DNA of 64,000 bases, from assembly GCA_016210745.1 (NCBI GenBank), contig JACQTO010000108.1, positions 9,563 to 73,562 of the forward strand, written 5' to 3'. The stretch comes from Betaproteobacteria bacterium (lineage in GTDB: Bacteria; Pseudomonadota; Gammaproteobacteria; Burkholderiales; SG8-39). The notes under the pieces were generated by a model that saw only the letters and a list, made by a program, of their open reading frames with translations, was not told the origin of the DNA and ran no database searches. A program made the translations under genes and the position numbers. Below, piece by piece: positions 54,366 through 63,768 of the stretch (positions are counted from its first letter, which is position 1; every line of letters starts with the position of its first letter).

Positions 54366-54406
54366 CTTGTCCTTGGCCTAGCCCTTGGCAAAGCGGGGAG
54401 TGGAGG

Positions 54407-54482
54407 TGGTGCCGGACAGAGGAATCGAACCCCCGACCTTCGCATTACGAATGCGCTGCTCTACCGACTGAGCTAGTCCGGC
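54407..54482 (-). tRNA. tRNA-Thr (anticodon CGU)
   Basis: The reverse complement is GCCGGACTAGCTCAGTCGGTAGAGCAGCGCATTCGTAATGCGAAGGTCGGGGGTTCGATTCCTCTGTCCGGCACCA. It folds as a cloverleaf with anticodon loop TTCGTAA, a GGTTCGATTCC T-arm and an encoded CCA. Confidence 0.95.
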
Positions 54483-54796
54483 CTTTCCCCGCTACTGCCT
54501 GTTTTCTGCCTACTCGAAGAACAGCCAGAATACTGGACGCGAGGAAAATCTGATTATATCAAAGACCTTCTTGCGACCATTTGCGCTCGGCCTTCTTATT
54601 ACGAACGCGCTGCGCTAGCAACTCCGCTACAGCGGTTTGTCGTCGTACTAAGCGCCTTACACCGTTTGCCGGACCGGCCGCTGAGCGCGCGCCGCACCGG
54701 GAAAACGCTTAAGGAAGGGTCACTTGTATGAGGGAAGGCGCGCGCTCCGAGCGCGGCGCCGTCCGGTTGAATTGCGCGAGCGTCCGCGACGTTCCG

Positions 54797-55651
54797 TTAC
54801 CGCTTTGCGGCTGAACGTTGCTGCGGCGACGACTTGGCCGCAGCGGGCGCCTTCTTGTATCCGGCGGCATCGAGCGCGGCGTCATAATCGCTCTGCTCGA
54901 AGCCCTTCTGCACGTACTCGCCGATGGCCAACACCGGCACCACATTGCCCCCGGAGACGCGCTTCAATTCATCGATGTCTTTGGGCAGCACCACCTGCAC
55001 TTCGCGAAACTCGACCCCGCGCGCGGCGAGCAGCTCGCGCGCGTCCTTGCAGGGCGTGCCGCAGTCGGGCGAAATATAGAGCGTTACCTGCTTGCCGTCC
55101 TTGATGTTGGCGGGCACCGGGGTGCGTTTCTGATCGGTCTCGGTCGCCGGCTGCGGCTTGACGCGTTCCACCTCCGGCTGCAACGGCGGCCCGCTCAAGG
55201 GGTAGCCCGCGGCGTCCAATGCCCCGTGGTACAGCAACGCGTCGAAGCCTTTTTGCACCGCCGACCCGACGAGCAATACCGGCACCGAGGTACCGCCCGA
55301 GACTTGCTTCAGGCGCTCCAGCGACTTGGCGTCGCCGACTTCGAACACGCGATGGGGGATGCCGCGCTTGGCGAGCAGGGCACGCGCATCCTTGCACGCG
55401 TCGCCGCATTCTTCCGCGACATACAGGGTCACCGGAAAATTGGCGGCCGCGACCTTGGTGGCATACGGAATCTGGACGGCGTCCGGCGCGCCCGAAGACA
55501 TGCGCTTCTTCTGTACGCTCTTCGCGTCCGCGGGAGGCGGTGTCTGGGTGTAGTGAACGCGGCCGCTGCTGTCGACCCAGCGGTACATCTGCTGCGCTGA
55601 GACCGCCGCCGCCAGCGCGAGCGATACGCCAATGATGATAAACGCGCGCAC
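54797..55651 (-). CDS. DUF4124-domain protein with two glutaredoxin-like domains
   Basis: GTG at 55651 follows GGAG and gives the signal-like VRAFIIIGVSLALAAAVSAQQ. MYRWVDSSGRVHYTQTPP is the DUF4124 segment. Two Grx-like modules follow (VTLYVAEECGDACKDARALL and VTLYISPDCGTPCKDARELL). Confidence 0.75.
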   Translation of the reverse strand: MRAFIIIGVSLALAAAVSAQQMYRWVDSSGRVHYTQTPPPADAKSVQKKRMSSGAPDAVQIPYATKVAAANFPVTLYVAEECGDACKDARALLAKRGIPHRVFEVGDAKSLERLKQVSGGTSVPVLLVGSAVQKGFDALLYHGALDAAGYPLSGPPLQPEVERVKPQPATETDQKRTPVPANIKDGKQVTLYISPDCGTPCKDARELLAARGVEFREVQVVLPKDIDELKRVSGGNVVPVLAIGEYVQKGFEQSDYDAALDAAGYKKAPAAAKSSPQQRSAAKR

Positions 55652-55754
55652 GTTACACTCCGCAAGTCGTACGTTGCGATCATACCACCTCGGCGCCGCG
55701 ATGCACCGCGCCGCCGACCACGCAACCGTGCTGGAATTCGCGATCGAAACCGAT

Positions 55755-56207
55755 TTATTCGGCCGAATGCCCGGACGATTTGGCGCCGCTTCGCCGCGCA
55801 CGCGTGCGCACAATGACATCCACCCGCTCGGTCTCGAGCTCCGGCGGCAGCGCAGGCAGGCCGGCAACGTGGATGCTATCCGCGGGAATATCGGCGAGCT
55901 CGCCGGTTTCGACGTTGTAGATATGGTGGTGCGGAGCGGTGTTCGGATCGTAGACCACCTTGCTCGGATCGATGACCAGTTCGCGAACCAGATTTTTTTC
56001 CCGGAATAATCTGAGCGTGTTGTAGACAGTGGCCTTGGAAGCCTCGGCGTGGCGCTCATTGACGAGCAAAAGGATCTGCTCGGCGCTCAGATGCTCCATG
56101 CGCTCGAACAGAACCTGCGCGATCACCATGCGCTGGTGCGTTGGCGTAATGCCGTGCCGGCGCAAACGCTCGCTGACCGACTGCCGGGCGCTGTGGTCGC
56201 TGTCCAT
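55755..56207 (-). CDS. Fur-family regulator, cysteine-free, Irr-like (HHH motif)
   Basis: It has the Fur winged-helix pattern (RITPQR-like ITPTHQRMVIAQVL, ATVYNTLRLF) and the motif NTAPHHHIYNVETGEL. No Cys residue appears anywhere in the protein. Confidence 0.8.
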   Translation of the reverse strand: MDSDHSARQSVSERLRRHGITPTHQRMVIAQVLFERMEHLSAEQILLLVNERHAEASKATVYNTLRLFREKNLVRELVIDPSKVVYDPNTAPHHHIYNVETGELADIPADSIHVAGLPALPPELETERVDVIVRTRARRSGAKSSGHSAE

Positions 56208-56292
56208 AGCCGCATTATAGCGAACATCTTAGACAGAGTCTAACGGTTTGACCTGAAACAGGTCTGTACTAGATCCAGGGCTCCGTATTATT

Positions 56293-56319
56293 GCAAGAGC
56301 CCGCTACGCGGGCTTTTGC
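56293..56319 (-). terminator. Hairpin downstream of pilY1 (terminator candidate)
   Basis: GCAAGAGCCCGC tac GCGGGCTTTTGC forms a 12-bp stem with one mismatch. The U-run on the minus strand is weak. Confidence 0.4.
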
Positions 56320-56362
56320 TGGCTTAGACGCGGGACCCTGACCCAGGCGCATCGCCTTGCCG

Positions 56363-59300
56363 CTAGTCGATCTTGCGCCGCCAATAGGTTCGAATACGGG
56401 TTTCCAGGGTCAGGCCGCCTGGATTCTGGACCGAGGTGCCCGAGATGACGGCCTGGTATTTCTTGCCGCCGATGGTGACGATCACCGGTACCGGGGAGGG
56501 CAAATAACCCCCACCCGCGTGAGTTTGGAAGCGATCGGCGGTGGTCACAGTGCCGGTGGCGTTGAGGTCGGTGGTAGCCGTGGCGTCCTTGTAGCTGAGC
56601 AGGTACGAGCGGGCGATACCGAGGTTGGCGCCGCAGGCGCCGCCACCCGCGGTGGCGCTCGGCTGATTGGTGTTGAAAAGGGTCGTCCCCGAGATTGTCG
56701 TTGCCGTCCCGACGGTCTTCTCGCCGGCACCCAAGGTCACGAACCAGCCCTTACTGGAGAGCAGGTTTGCCGAAGCGCTCGACTGCTGGGTGTCGTTGCA
56801 GACGCCCGAGTCCTGCAGGCAGTTGTTGGTCGCATCGAACAGATCGGACTCGGTGATCGGCAAGCCGGAAGTGTTGGTGGTCAAGCCCGTACTGCGGTCC
56901 TTGAACATGTAGAAGCGGTTGGTGATGGTCGCGTCGAACGGATGCTCGCGGTCTCCGCTTCCCACCAGCACCGCGTCATACCTGCCGAGCGAATCGCTGG
57001 AGAAAACCACGTCGGGTGCGAACTGGAACTTGCGCTTGTTGTCGAGGCCTGAGCCCGATACCGACGCCAGCTTGGTAATCGTCCAACTGGCGGGCGATGC
57101 CGAGTCCACGTCCGCACGCCACAGGTTGCCTCCGGTATCCACCGCATAGATCCGATCGCTGAAGCCCGGCCCCACGCTTTCCTTGCCAGTAAGCGTGCGC
57201 GTGGTATCGCGGTCGCGGTTGAGTATCGTTAGGTCGGCCGCGATCGAGTAATCCATTCCCGAGACAACCAAATCGGCACTGGAGTCGGGCCCACCGCGCC
57301 ACAGCACCGTCCCATCGGTCGCCCGGACCACATAGATGCTGCGGCCCTTGGTGCGGTCGAAGGTTTGCGACGAGGTTCCGCTGTGGGTGCATGTCCCGTT
57401 CGAGCTATAGATGACCGTGCCGCCGGTTCGTGCCGTGACGCCGTTGTTGTCGTTGGCAGTGACCAGGCAGGGCTGCGGATCCTCCGGCGCCGTGTCGTAA
57501 CCGCCGCCGAAGATCAGCACCGGCGTCGCCGGGAAAGCGCGCAGGTACGCGACCTTGGGCTCCGACCACGTCTGCCCGATCTTCTCGTAGCCCGTATCGC
57601 AGCCATCGTCGCCGCTTGTGTTGGGGCAGCCCTTCTTCCACAGGAATTTCGGATTGGCCGGGTCGCTCACGTCCAGGGCGTAGATGTAGCGGCCGCCGCG
57701 CCGCATACCGATGAAGAGCCAGACCTTGTCGCCGTCGCTCGAGATCAGCCTGCCGTCGCTGTTGACATCCCGCGTATAGACGCCGATCGGTCCGTCGAAG
57801 AAATAGTCGCGATGCGCTGTGGAATTGATCGTCGGGGTGTTGTCGCGCAGGCGTCTCAACTTGGAAAACGATTCCTGCGCGACGAATCCCCAGACCTCGG
57901 TGCCCCCGTTGGATGCGAACCCGCCTTGCACCGCGTGAAATATGCCGTCGTTTGCTCCGTAGAAGACAAACACGTCGTTGTCAGTACCGAAGCGGTTGTA
58001 GTTGATAACTGCCGGGCGCGAATGCAACACGTCGCCGTGAATTGAAGAGCGTACGTTGCTCAACACGGTGTCCGCGTTCTCATCCTCGGCGTTTTCCTCC
58101 CCGCGCACCCAGTTGATGAGGTTGGTACGCGCCGCGGTATCGGCGTCGGTCTTGCGGCCGGCCACGATGGATCCGGTAGCGTTGGTCTGGGTCGAGACCG
58201 AGGTGGTGGCGATCGCCTTGGCCGCATGGATGGTGCCGCTTCCGGAGACCACGCGTTGAATTGAATTGACCGTACGGCTGATGCTCGCGCTGACGCTCAC
58301 CGTGCCTGTCGCCGGCGTCGCGGCGACATTAATGCCCTCGTTGACATACGTGAAGGTATTCGTCGTCACCGCCGTGATAACCCACGTACCGTTGTATTGG
58401 TTCTGTGTGGCGCCGGTTATGGTCACCACGTCGTTGACTGCAAATCCGTGCGCGGCACTGGTGACGGTAGCGACGCTCTTGGCCGAAGTCGAGCCGCCAG
58501 TCGGGTGGGTGATGGAGGTGATGCTTCTCGTGGTGGCGCCGACCGTCGCGGACATGGTTCCGGTTGCAGGTGTCGCCGCGTTAACAATGCCATCGTTTAC
58601 ATAGGTAAAGGTCGTACCCGAGGCCGAGACCAGGGTTCGCGGCCCATTGTATTCGCGCTGGTTCGCGCCGGAGATGGTCACGACGTCGCCCGGCGACAGG
58701 TTATGCGCAGCGGCGGTGGTCACGGTCGCGGTGTCTTTCGCCGAGCCGGTGGTCGGATGGGTCACCGAAGTCGCCGAAAGCGTTACCCCGGGCTTCGAGG
58801 CCGTAATCGTCCCGGTCGGGTTCAAAATCTGCGTCGACGGCAGGGTGTAGGTGAAGGTATTGGCGTCGATTACCGTGACGAGAAACGAGCCGTTATAGGC
58901 ATCGAGCGAAGCGCCGGCGATGGTCACCGTGTCGCCGGTGACAAACCCGTGTCCAATCGCATTTACCCTGGCCGTGGTTGCGGCAGCCGCCGTGATCGGG
59001 GCATTGTAGGTGAAGGTATTGGGATCGGTTCCGACGGTGATGGTATAGGTGCCGTTGAACTCGGCCGGCGTCGCACCGGTAATGGTGACCGACGCCGAAT
59101 TCGGATAGTTGTGCACCGGAACGTTGGCAGTGACCGCAGTGCTCGATGCACCGACCAAACCCGTGAGCGAGCTCACCAGCTTCTTGCCCGCCACAGAGTG
59201 GCCGCTCGATGCACCGGTCACAGCTGCCCCGAGTGGATAGGTGAAGGAATCGGAGTTCACCTTGGTTACTGCGGTATCGGCGACGTTGTAGCCCGCCTGC

Positions 59301-61093
59301 GCGGAGCCGGTCACGGTGACGAGGTCCCCGGTATTCAAGCCGTGATTGGTTGCGACTACGCTCGCGGTGTTGCCCGAGGGCGACGACGACAGGGGGTAGG
59401 TGAAGGTATTGGCATCCACGACCGTGATGCTAAAGGTGCCGTTGTACACTTCCGGCGAGGCGCCGGAAACGGTCACGCTGTTGCCGCTGGCAAAACCGTG
59501 TCCGGTCACCGTCGCGGTCGCAGTCGATCCCGAGCTCACCAGAGTGATGACCGGTTTGGTGACATACGTGCCCAGATCCCCGGCGGTGATGTTGGCGTTG
59601 CTGGTCACAAACTGCGATCCCGAGAGATCGCTACCGGTGGTGCAGGTGCCGGTGCAGGTGTAGAGCTTGCGGGTGGCGATGGCCGCTGTGTCCGGATAGG
59701 TGTTTCGAAGGATTTGCGCTGCTCCACCCTTCTCGACTTTGTCCCCGTCGGGAAGGTCGGACCAGTACTTGTAGCTGGTCGGAACCGTGCACGACGAGGG
59801 CTGGGTCGCGGTCGAATTGGGATCGGTGCCCCAGAAATACCAGTAACACGATTCCGCCGACCAGAAGCTCTTGGCCGAATTGCTGATGAACCCGGTCGCG
59901 GCATTCTCCGCCACGGCCCCTGCCGCGTCGGCAAGGAAAAGCGTACCGGTGGCGCTGTTGACCGCGAGATCGTAGAGCTTCAGGTTTCCATACCAGCGCG
60001 GCGCCTTGTTCGGGTCGGGCCGGAACACGCCGATGTACACCTGGTTCAGGTTGGTGCCACGCACGTTCACGCTCACCGGCAGCGTGGTCGATGCGAACAC
60101 GCTGTTGACCGATTGGATTTCCTGGAATATCGCCTTCAGCTTGGCAATCAAGTCCTCCGCGCCGCCCGAGGCATCGACGGAGGCGTACTTGCCCTTGCCC
60201 ATCGCCGCGGCGCTTTTCAGCAGCGCCGTGTGCGAGGGTCCCTGGCCGGTCGAGCCCGGGTTGACATCCACGGTATAGGTCACGACCGACTGTATTCCCT
60301 CGAAATTGGCGTTGCAGTCGTTGTTGGCCATGAACTTGGCGTACTCGTCCATCCAGTTGTTCTGCTCGCCGTTGGGGGTAATGGCGATGGTCGTCGGCGC
60401 CCCACCCGAGATGCCTGTGAGCAGCGTCTCGGCCGCCGCAAGCGACGAGACGTTGTCGCTTGCGGGGCCGTTGGAAATGACGATGATGAAATTCTTCTGG
60501 CAGGCGTTGGTGATCGGGCTCACGTACTGGACGCTCGCCGCGGAGGTGAAAGCATTGCCGGGAAGATTGGCCGCGAGCGGGTTATGGGAGGTATTGCCGG
60601 CGTAGTCGCGCTTGACCTTGCCGAACCCGGCACGGGCGGGGATGCCGGCGAAGTAGGCATAGGCCTCGTACATGAGCAGCGAGAAGGTCGCGTTGTTGCC
60701 CTTGTCCCCTATCTTGTCGAGATTGTTGACCATGCCGGAGAACGCGGTCTTGTTGTCGGCGGTCATTTGCCGCACGCCAAAGCGCACGTAACCGCCGTCG
60801 GTGGCGTCGTTGGGGCTGCCGGTCTCGGGGAACATCATCAGTCCGACGTTATAGCCGTCGGTCAGACTGTTGACCACCGTGACCAGCGCGGTTTTTTCGA
60901 CGTCGAACGGCGTGTTCCAGTTCGCAGTGTTGTCGAGCAGGATGAGCACATTGGACCGCTGGGCAAAAGCCGCCGGATTGGCGAGGAAGATGTCGATGTC
61001 TTCGCCGACCGGATCGAAGGCCGCGAAAACGCTCGAAACAACGGCGCAGAAACTCAGCAGCAATACGGCAATCGATTTCGCGGCGATATTCAT
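56363..61093 (-). CDS. pilY1: Type IV pilus tip adhesin/biogenesis factor PilY1, unusually large (1576 aa)
   Basis: It has a signal peptide and an N-terminal VWA-like region (VLILLDNTANW). The C-terminal PilY1 propeller shows DVNSDGRLISSDGDKVWLFIGMRRGGRYIYALDVSDP. It sits downstream of pilVWX. Confidence 0.9.
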   Translation of the reverse strand: MNIAAKSIAVLLLSFCAVVSSVFAAFDPVGEDIDIFLANPAAFAQRSNVLILLDNTANWNTPFDVEKTALVTVVNSLTDGYNVGLMMFPETGSPNDATDGGYVRFGVRQMTADNKTAFSGMVNNLDKIGDKGNNATFSLLMYEAYAYFAGIPARAGFGKVKRDYAGNTSHNPLAANLPGNAFTSAASVQYVSPITNACQKNFIIVISNGPASDNVSSLAAAETLLTGISGGAPTTIAITPNGEQNNWMDEYAKFMANNDCNANFEGIQSVVTYTVDVNPGSTGQGPSHTALLKSAAAMGKGKYASVDASGGAEDLIAKLKAIFQEIQSVNSVFASTTLPVSVNVRGTNLNQVYIGVFRPDPNKAPRWYGNLKLYDLAVNSATGTLFLADAAGAVAENAATGFISNSAKSFWSAESCYWYFWGTDPNSTATQPSSCTVPTSYKYWSDLPDGDKVEKGGAAQILRNTYPDTAAIATRKLYTCTGTCTTGSDLSGSQFVTSNANITAGDLGTYVTKPVITLVSSGSTATATVTGHGFASGNSVTVSGASPEVYNGTFSITVVDANTFTYPLSSSPSGNTASVVATNHGLNTGDLVTVTGSAQAGYNVADTAVTKVNSDSFTYPLGAAVTGASSGHSVAGKKLVSSLTGLVGASSTAVTANVPVHNYPNSASVTITGATPAEFNGTYTITVGTDPNTFTYNAPITAAAATTARVNAIGHGFVTGDTVTIAGASLDAYNGSFLVTVIDANTFTYTLPSTQILNPTGTITASKPGVTLSATSVTHPTTGSAKDTATVTTAAAHNLSPGDVVTISGANQREYNGPRTLVSASGTTFTYVNDGIVNAATPATGTMSATVGATTRSITSITHPTGGSTSAKSVATVTSAAHGFAVNDVVTITGATQNQYNGTWVITAVTTNTFTYVNEGINVAATPATGTVSVSASISRTVNSIQRVVSGSGTIHAAKAIATTSVSTQTNATGSIVAGRKTDADTAARTNLINWVRGEENAEDENADTVLSNVRSSIHGDVLHSRPAVINYNRFGTDNDVFVFYGANDGIFHAVQGGFASNGGTEVWGFVAQESFSKLRRLRDNTPTINSTAHRDYFFDGPIGVYTRDVNSDGRLISSDGDKVWLFIGMRRGGRYIYALDVSDPANPKFLWKKGCPNTSGDDGCDTGYEKIGQTWSEPKVAYLRAFPATPVLIFGGGYDTAPEDPQPCLVTANDNNGVTARTGGTVIYSSNGTCTHSGTSSQTFDRTKGRSIYVVRATDGTVLWRGGPDSSADLVVSGMDYSIAADLTILNRDRDTTRTLTGKESVGPGFSDRIYAVDTGGNLWRADVDSASPASWTITKLASVSGSGLDNKRKFQFAPDVVFSSDSLGRYDAVLVGSGDREHPFDATITNRFYMFKDRSTGLTTNTSGLPITESDLFDATNNCLQDSGVCNDTQQSSASANLLSSKGWFVTLGAGEKTVGTATTISGTTLFNTNQPSATAGGGACGANLGIARSYLLSYKDATATTDLNATGTVTTADRFQTHAGGGYLPSPVPVIVTIGGKKYQAVISGTSVQNPGGLTLETRIRTYWRRKID

Positions 61094-61112
61094 GTTTGCC
61101 TCTTTCCCCGGA

Positions 61113-61574
61113 TCATGGGCAACTGCCCGCGGTCATGCGCATTTTGAGCCCCTGCATCAGCTCCACCGCCGCCCCGGTCAGCGGATCGGTGGCGGTCGCC
61201 TTGACCTCCCAGTTGTTGTCCTCGGGTGAGATCGCAGAAGTGGCGCTGTAGCCCTCGGCGACCTGCGAAAAAACACAGGTAGGCCGATCGATCGTTACGG
61301 TGTAACTGTTCACCGAAGCCGTGATGCTGGTGGTTCCGGCAGGCCATGAACCCGTATTGCCTACGGCGTCATTGAAGAAGGTTACGGTGCTCACCTTTTC
61401 TTCGACCGTCTGCTGTGCGCTCGCTTCGAGCTGGCGCTGCGCCTGCATGTTGCCGACCACCTTGAGGTTGGTGCTCGACAAGCGCACCATCGAAACCACG
61501 AACAGCGTGATCATCACCAGCATCACCAGCACCACCAGCAGCGTCGCGCCAAGTTGATTCCCCGTCGGTTTCAT
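61113..61574 (-). CDS. pilX: Type IV pilus minor pilin-associated protein PilX
   Basis: The N-terminal hydrophobic helix GATLLVVLVMLVMITLFVVSMV matches the PilX_N pattern. The gene lies between pilW and pilY1. Confidence 0.8.
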   Translation of the reverse strand: MKPTGNQLGATLLVVLVMLVMITLFVVSMVRLSSTNLKVVGNMQAQRQLEASAQQTVEEKVSTVTFFNDAVGNTGSWPAGTTSITASVNSYTVTIDRPTCVFSQVAEGYSATSAISPEDNNWEVKATATDPLTGAAVELMQGLKMRMTAGSCP

Positions 61575-62668
61575 GGGTTCTCCCTGCGCGAGCTCAGATT
61601 CACGAACCGGATCTCGCTCTGGTAGGCGTGCCGTTTGTACTGATCGTTGAAGGCCGGCACCCCGGTCCCGGCCAGCGTATAGGTCTTGTCGTCGGTATGC
61701 CCCGGCGAAGGTTCGGTATTGCGCGACAGCACCCCGACCTTCGCGCTCACGGCGTTGCCGAGTTCCGCCACGGTGGCCGCGGTCGGCGCGGTGATGTAGC
61801 GGTCGGCCGCGCCGTCGCCGATTATTCCGGTGTTGCTGTTGACCGCGGCTGGAGTCTCGTCGACGCCGACTTGCACCTTGAGAAAATCGATTCCCTCGGA
61901 GATCGGCATCACGGAAAACGTTCGTACGCCGCCCGAGACACCCAGTTCGAGCCGCTTCAGCGTCGGAACCGGCTGTCCCGCGTCATCGGCGGAGCCGGTG
62001 CAGATCGTGCCGCCGCCGGAGGGCAGACTGCAGGTGGCGACAAAATAGATGTGCACGCGGTACTTGAGAATATCGGCCGCCGTCAAGCCGTCCCTTTTCT
62101 TCACGGTTGCGACCGCGCCGGTGGCCTTGCTGGTGCTGGTGATCGTGGCGCCGGTGCCGAGCTGGATCTCCGCGGTGCTGGTGTTTGCCTGGAGATAGAC
62201 CTCGCCCGAGACCGCGGTCGAGCCGACCGCCAGCGGCGAAGTCTCGGCGCGCCTCACCACGAAAATATCGCTTCCCGGCTGCACGTTGGTCGCATTGATC
62301 CAAGTCGCGCAGGTCGTGCCGGTCATGTTCGGGATGCTCGACAGGTCGGGAGCCGGGTAGTACTGGATCGGGAAACTCATGGCGGCGAGCAGCACGGATT
62401 CGTCGCCGGTGGCGCAGGGATCGGGCGCCGTCGTCCCGACCGGGAAAGAGTAATACTGGCCGTAGTATCCGGCATGATGGAGATCCTGTGTAATCGTATC
62501 CATCGCGTAGCGGCCGTTTTCGATCTGCTGCGCCGAGCGCTGCAGCTCCATCTGGCTCCGGCTGGAAGTGGAGAACACGGTGACCAGCCCGGTGAGCAGC
62601 ACCAGTCCCAGCGTCATGGAGATCATGAGCTCGATCAGCGACAGCCCTGACTGCGCGGTATTTTTCAT
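61571..62668 (-). CDS. pilW: Type IV pilus minor pilin PilW
   Basis: The prepilin leader and cleavage motif are MKNTAQSGLSLIELMISMTLGL. QQIENGRYAMDTITQDLHHAGYYG is typical of PilW. Confidence 0.88.
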   Translation of the reverse strand: MKNTAQSGLSLIELMISMTLGLVLLTGLVTVFSTSSRSQMELQRSAQQIENGRYAMDTITQDLHHAGYYGQYYSFPVGTTAPDPCATGDESVLLAAMSFPIQYYPAPDLSSIPNMTGTTCATWINATNVQPGSDIFVVRRAETSPLAVGSTAVSGEVYLQANTSTAEIQLGTGATITSTSKATGAVATVKKRDGLTAADILKYRVHIYFVATCSLPSGGGTICTGSADDAGQPVPTLKRLELGVSGGVRTFSVMPISEGIDFLKVQVGVDETPAAVNSNTGIIGDGAADRYITAPTAATVAELGNAVSAKVGVLSRNTEPSPGHTDDKTYTLAGTGVPAFNDQYKRHAYQSEIRFVNLSSRRENP

Positions 62669-62669
62669 G

Positions 62670-63275
62670 TCAGTTGAGAGTGGCAAAGCGCACGGTGGTC
62701 CATACCACCCGGCGCCTCGTTTCCGTGCCGTACAGGCCGTTGGCGCAATTGACCACCGGCGTGAACGTGTCGGTCATGCCCTGCCACGCCACCGCGATGG
62801 TGAAGACGCTGGTCGCCGCATCGAACATGACACAGCCGCGGGAGCCGATCATCGCCCCGACCGAGGTGGCGTTCTTCGTTTCCGAGGTGCCCTTCAGTAG
62901 ATTGTCCCACTCGGCCATTCCTCGGTCGGCGATCTCCTTGGTGCTCGAATCCGAAAACCCGGTGGCACAGTTGGGCGTTCCCAGATGGCCTGCAGAGCTC
63001 GCGTCCCCGAGGTAAGGCGTTCCGCTGGCGGCGTTGGTGAAGGCGTAGCAGCCCCGCGCCCTGCGGTTCGAATTGAGGCGCTCGACGATGTCGTTCAACA
63101 GGATAAGCGCTTGCGCCCGCTGGTAGGATTCGAGCTCGGCCTGGTGGGCGACGGCCTGCATTCCTGCAAGACCAAGCAGACCGAACACGAGAATGACGAT
63201 CGACACCAACACCTCGAGCATGCTGAAGCCGCGCTGCGCAACGGCTCGGATATCAGACGCAGCCATTGGCAGCAT
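62670..63275 (-). CDS. pilV: Type IV pilus minor pilin PilV
   Basis: It has QRGFSMLEVLVSIVILVFGLLGLAGMQ (a prepilin G/F site followed by the PilV GLLG..Q motif). The start is ATG 63275 or 63266; the longest ORF extends further upstream. Confidence 0.85.
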   Translation of the reverse strand: MLPMAASDIRAVAQRGFSMLEVLVSIVILVFGLLGLAGMQAVAHQAELESYQRAQALILLNDIVERLNSNRRARGCYAFTNAASGTPYLGDASSAGHLGTPNCATGFSDSSTKEIADRGMAEWDNLLKGTSETKNATSVGAMIGSRGCVMFDAATSVFTIAVAWQGMTDTFTPVVNCANGLYGTETRRRVVWTTVRFATLN

Positions 63276-63759
63276 CCCCGTCCTTGTCCGTGCGAACGCT
63301 GGGTCGGCCGGCGGCATCGACATAAACGCAGCGCGCCTGGACAGTGGCGTATTCAGTGGTATAGAGAACAATCTGTCGCACGTTGGTTGACACGCGTCCA
63401 TCGAGCTTGAAGCTCAGGTTGCCGCTGGCATTGGACGAAACCGTCACGCCGGTAAGCGCCTCATGCGTACTCATCACGGTGCTGTCCGATTGCACCTGCA
63501 CCGACCAGCCGGCCGCCCATCCGCCCGCGCCGGGCACTATGTCGATCGCCGCATTGCGCTTGATCGCCTCGCTGCGCGCGAGCAGCACCGATTCGTAAAG
63601 ATCGGAGGCCGCCGAGCGCACACGCGAGGCCACGATCATCTCCCGGAACGCGGGCGCCGCAACGCTGGACAGGATCGCGAGAATGACGATGACGATCATC
63701 AGCTCGACGATCGTAAAGCCGCGGCTGCGCGTACCTCCGATACCCATGCGCGCGTTCAT
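63253..63759 (-). CDS. fimT: GspH/FimT-family minor pseudopilin
   Basis: It has SRGFTIVELMIVIVILAILSSVAAPAF and the FimT/FimU pattern ...SAASDLYESVLLARSEAIKRN. Confidence 0.85.
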   Translation of the reverse strand: MNARMGIGGTRSRGFTIVELMIVIVILAILSSVAAPAFREMIVASRVRSAASDLYESVLLARSEAIKRNAAIDIVPGAGGWAAGWSVQVQSDSTVMSTHEALTGVTVSSNASGNLSFKLDGRVSTNVRQIVLYTTEYATVQARCVYVDAAGRPSVRTDKDGDAANGCV

Positions 63760-63768
63760 GGCGTCTCC

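Noticed and set aside
54553-54558. A perfect TATAAT on the minus strand lies ~70 nt upstream of tRNA-Thr and might be its promoter.
   Set aside because: I found no acceptable -35 hexamer at 16-18 nt spacing, and the implied leader is long. It remains possible but is unsupported.
54085-54796. Is there a genomic island or prophage integration at tRNA-Thr?
   Set aside because: There is no integrase, no direct repeat of the tRNA 3' end, and no phage or mobility genes on either side. The flanking genes (USP, glutaredoxin-like, fur) look like ordinary chromosomal genes.
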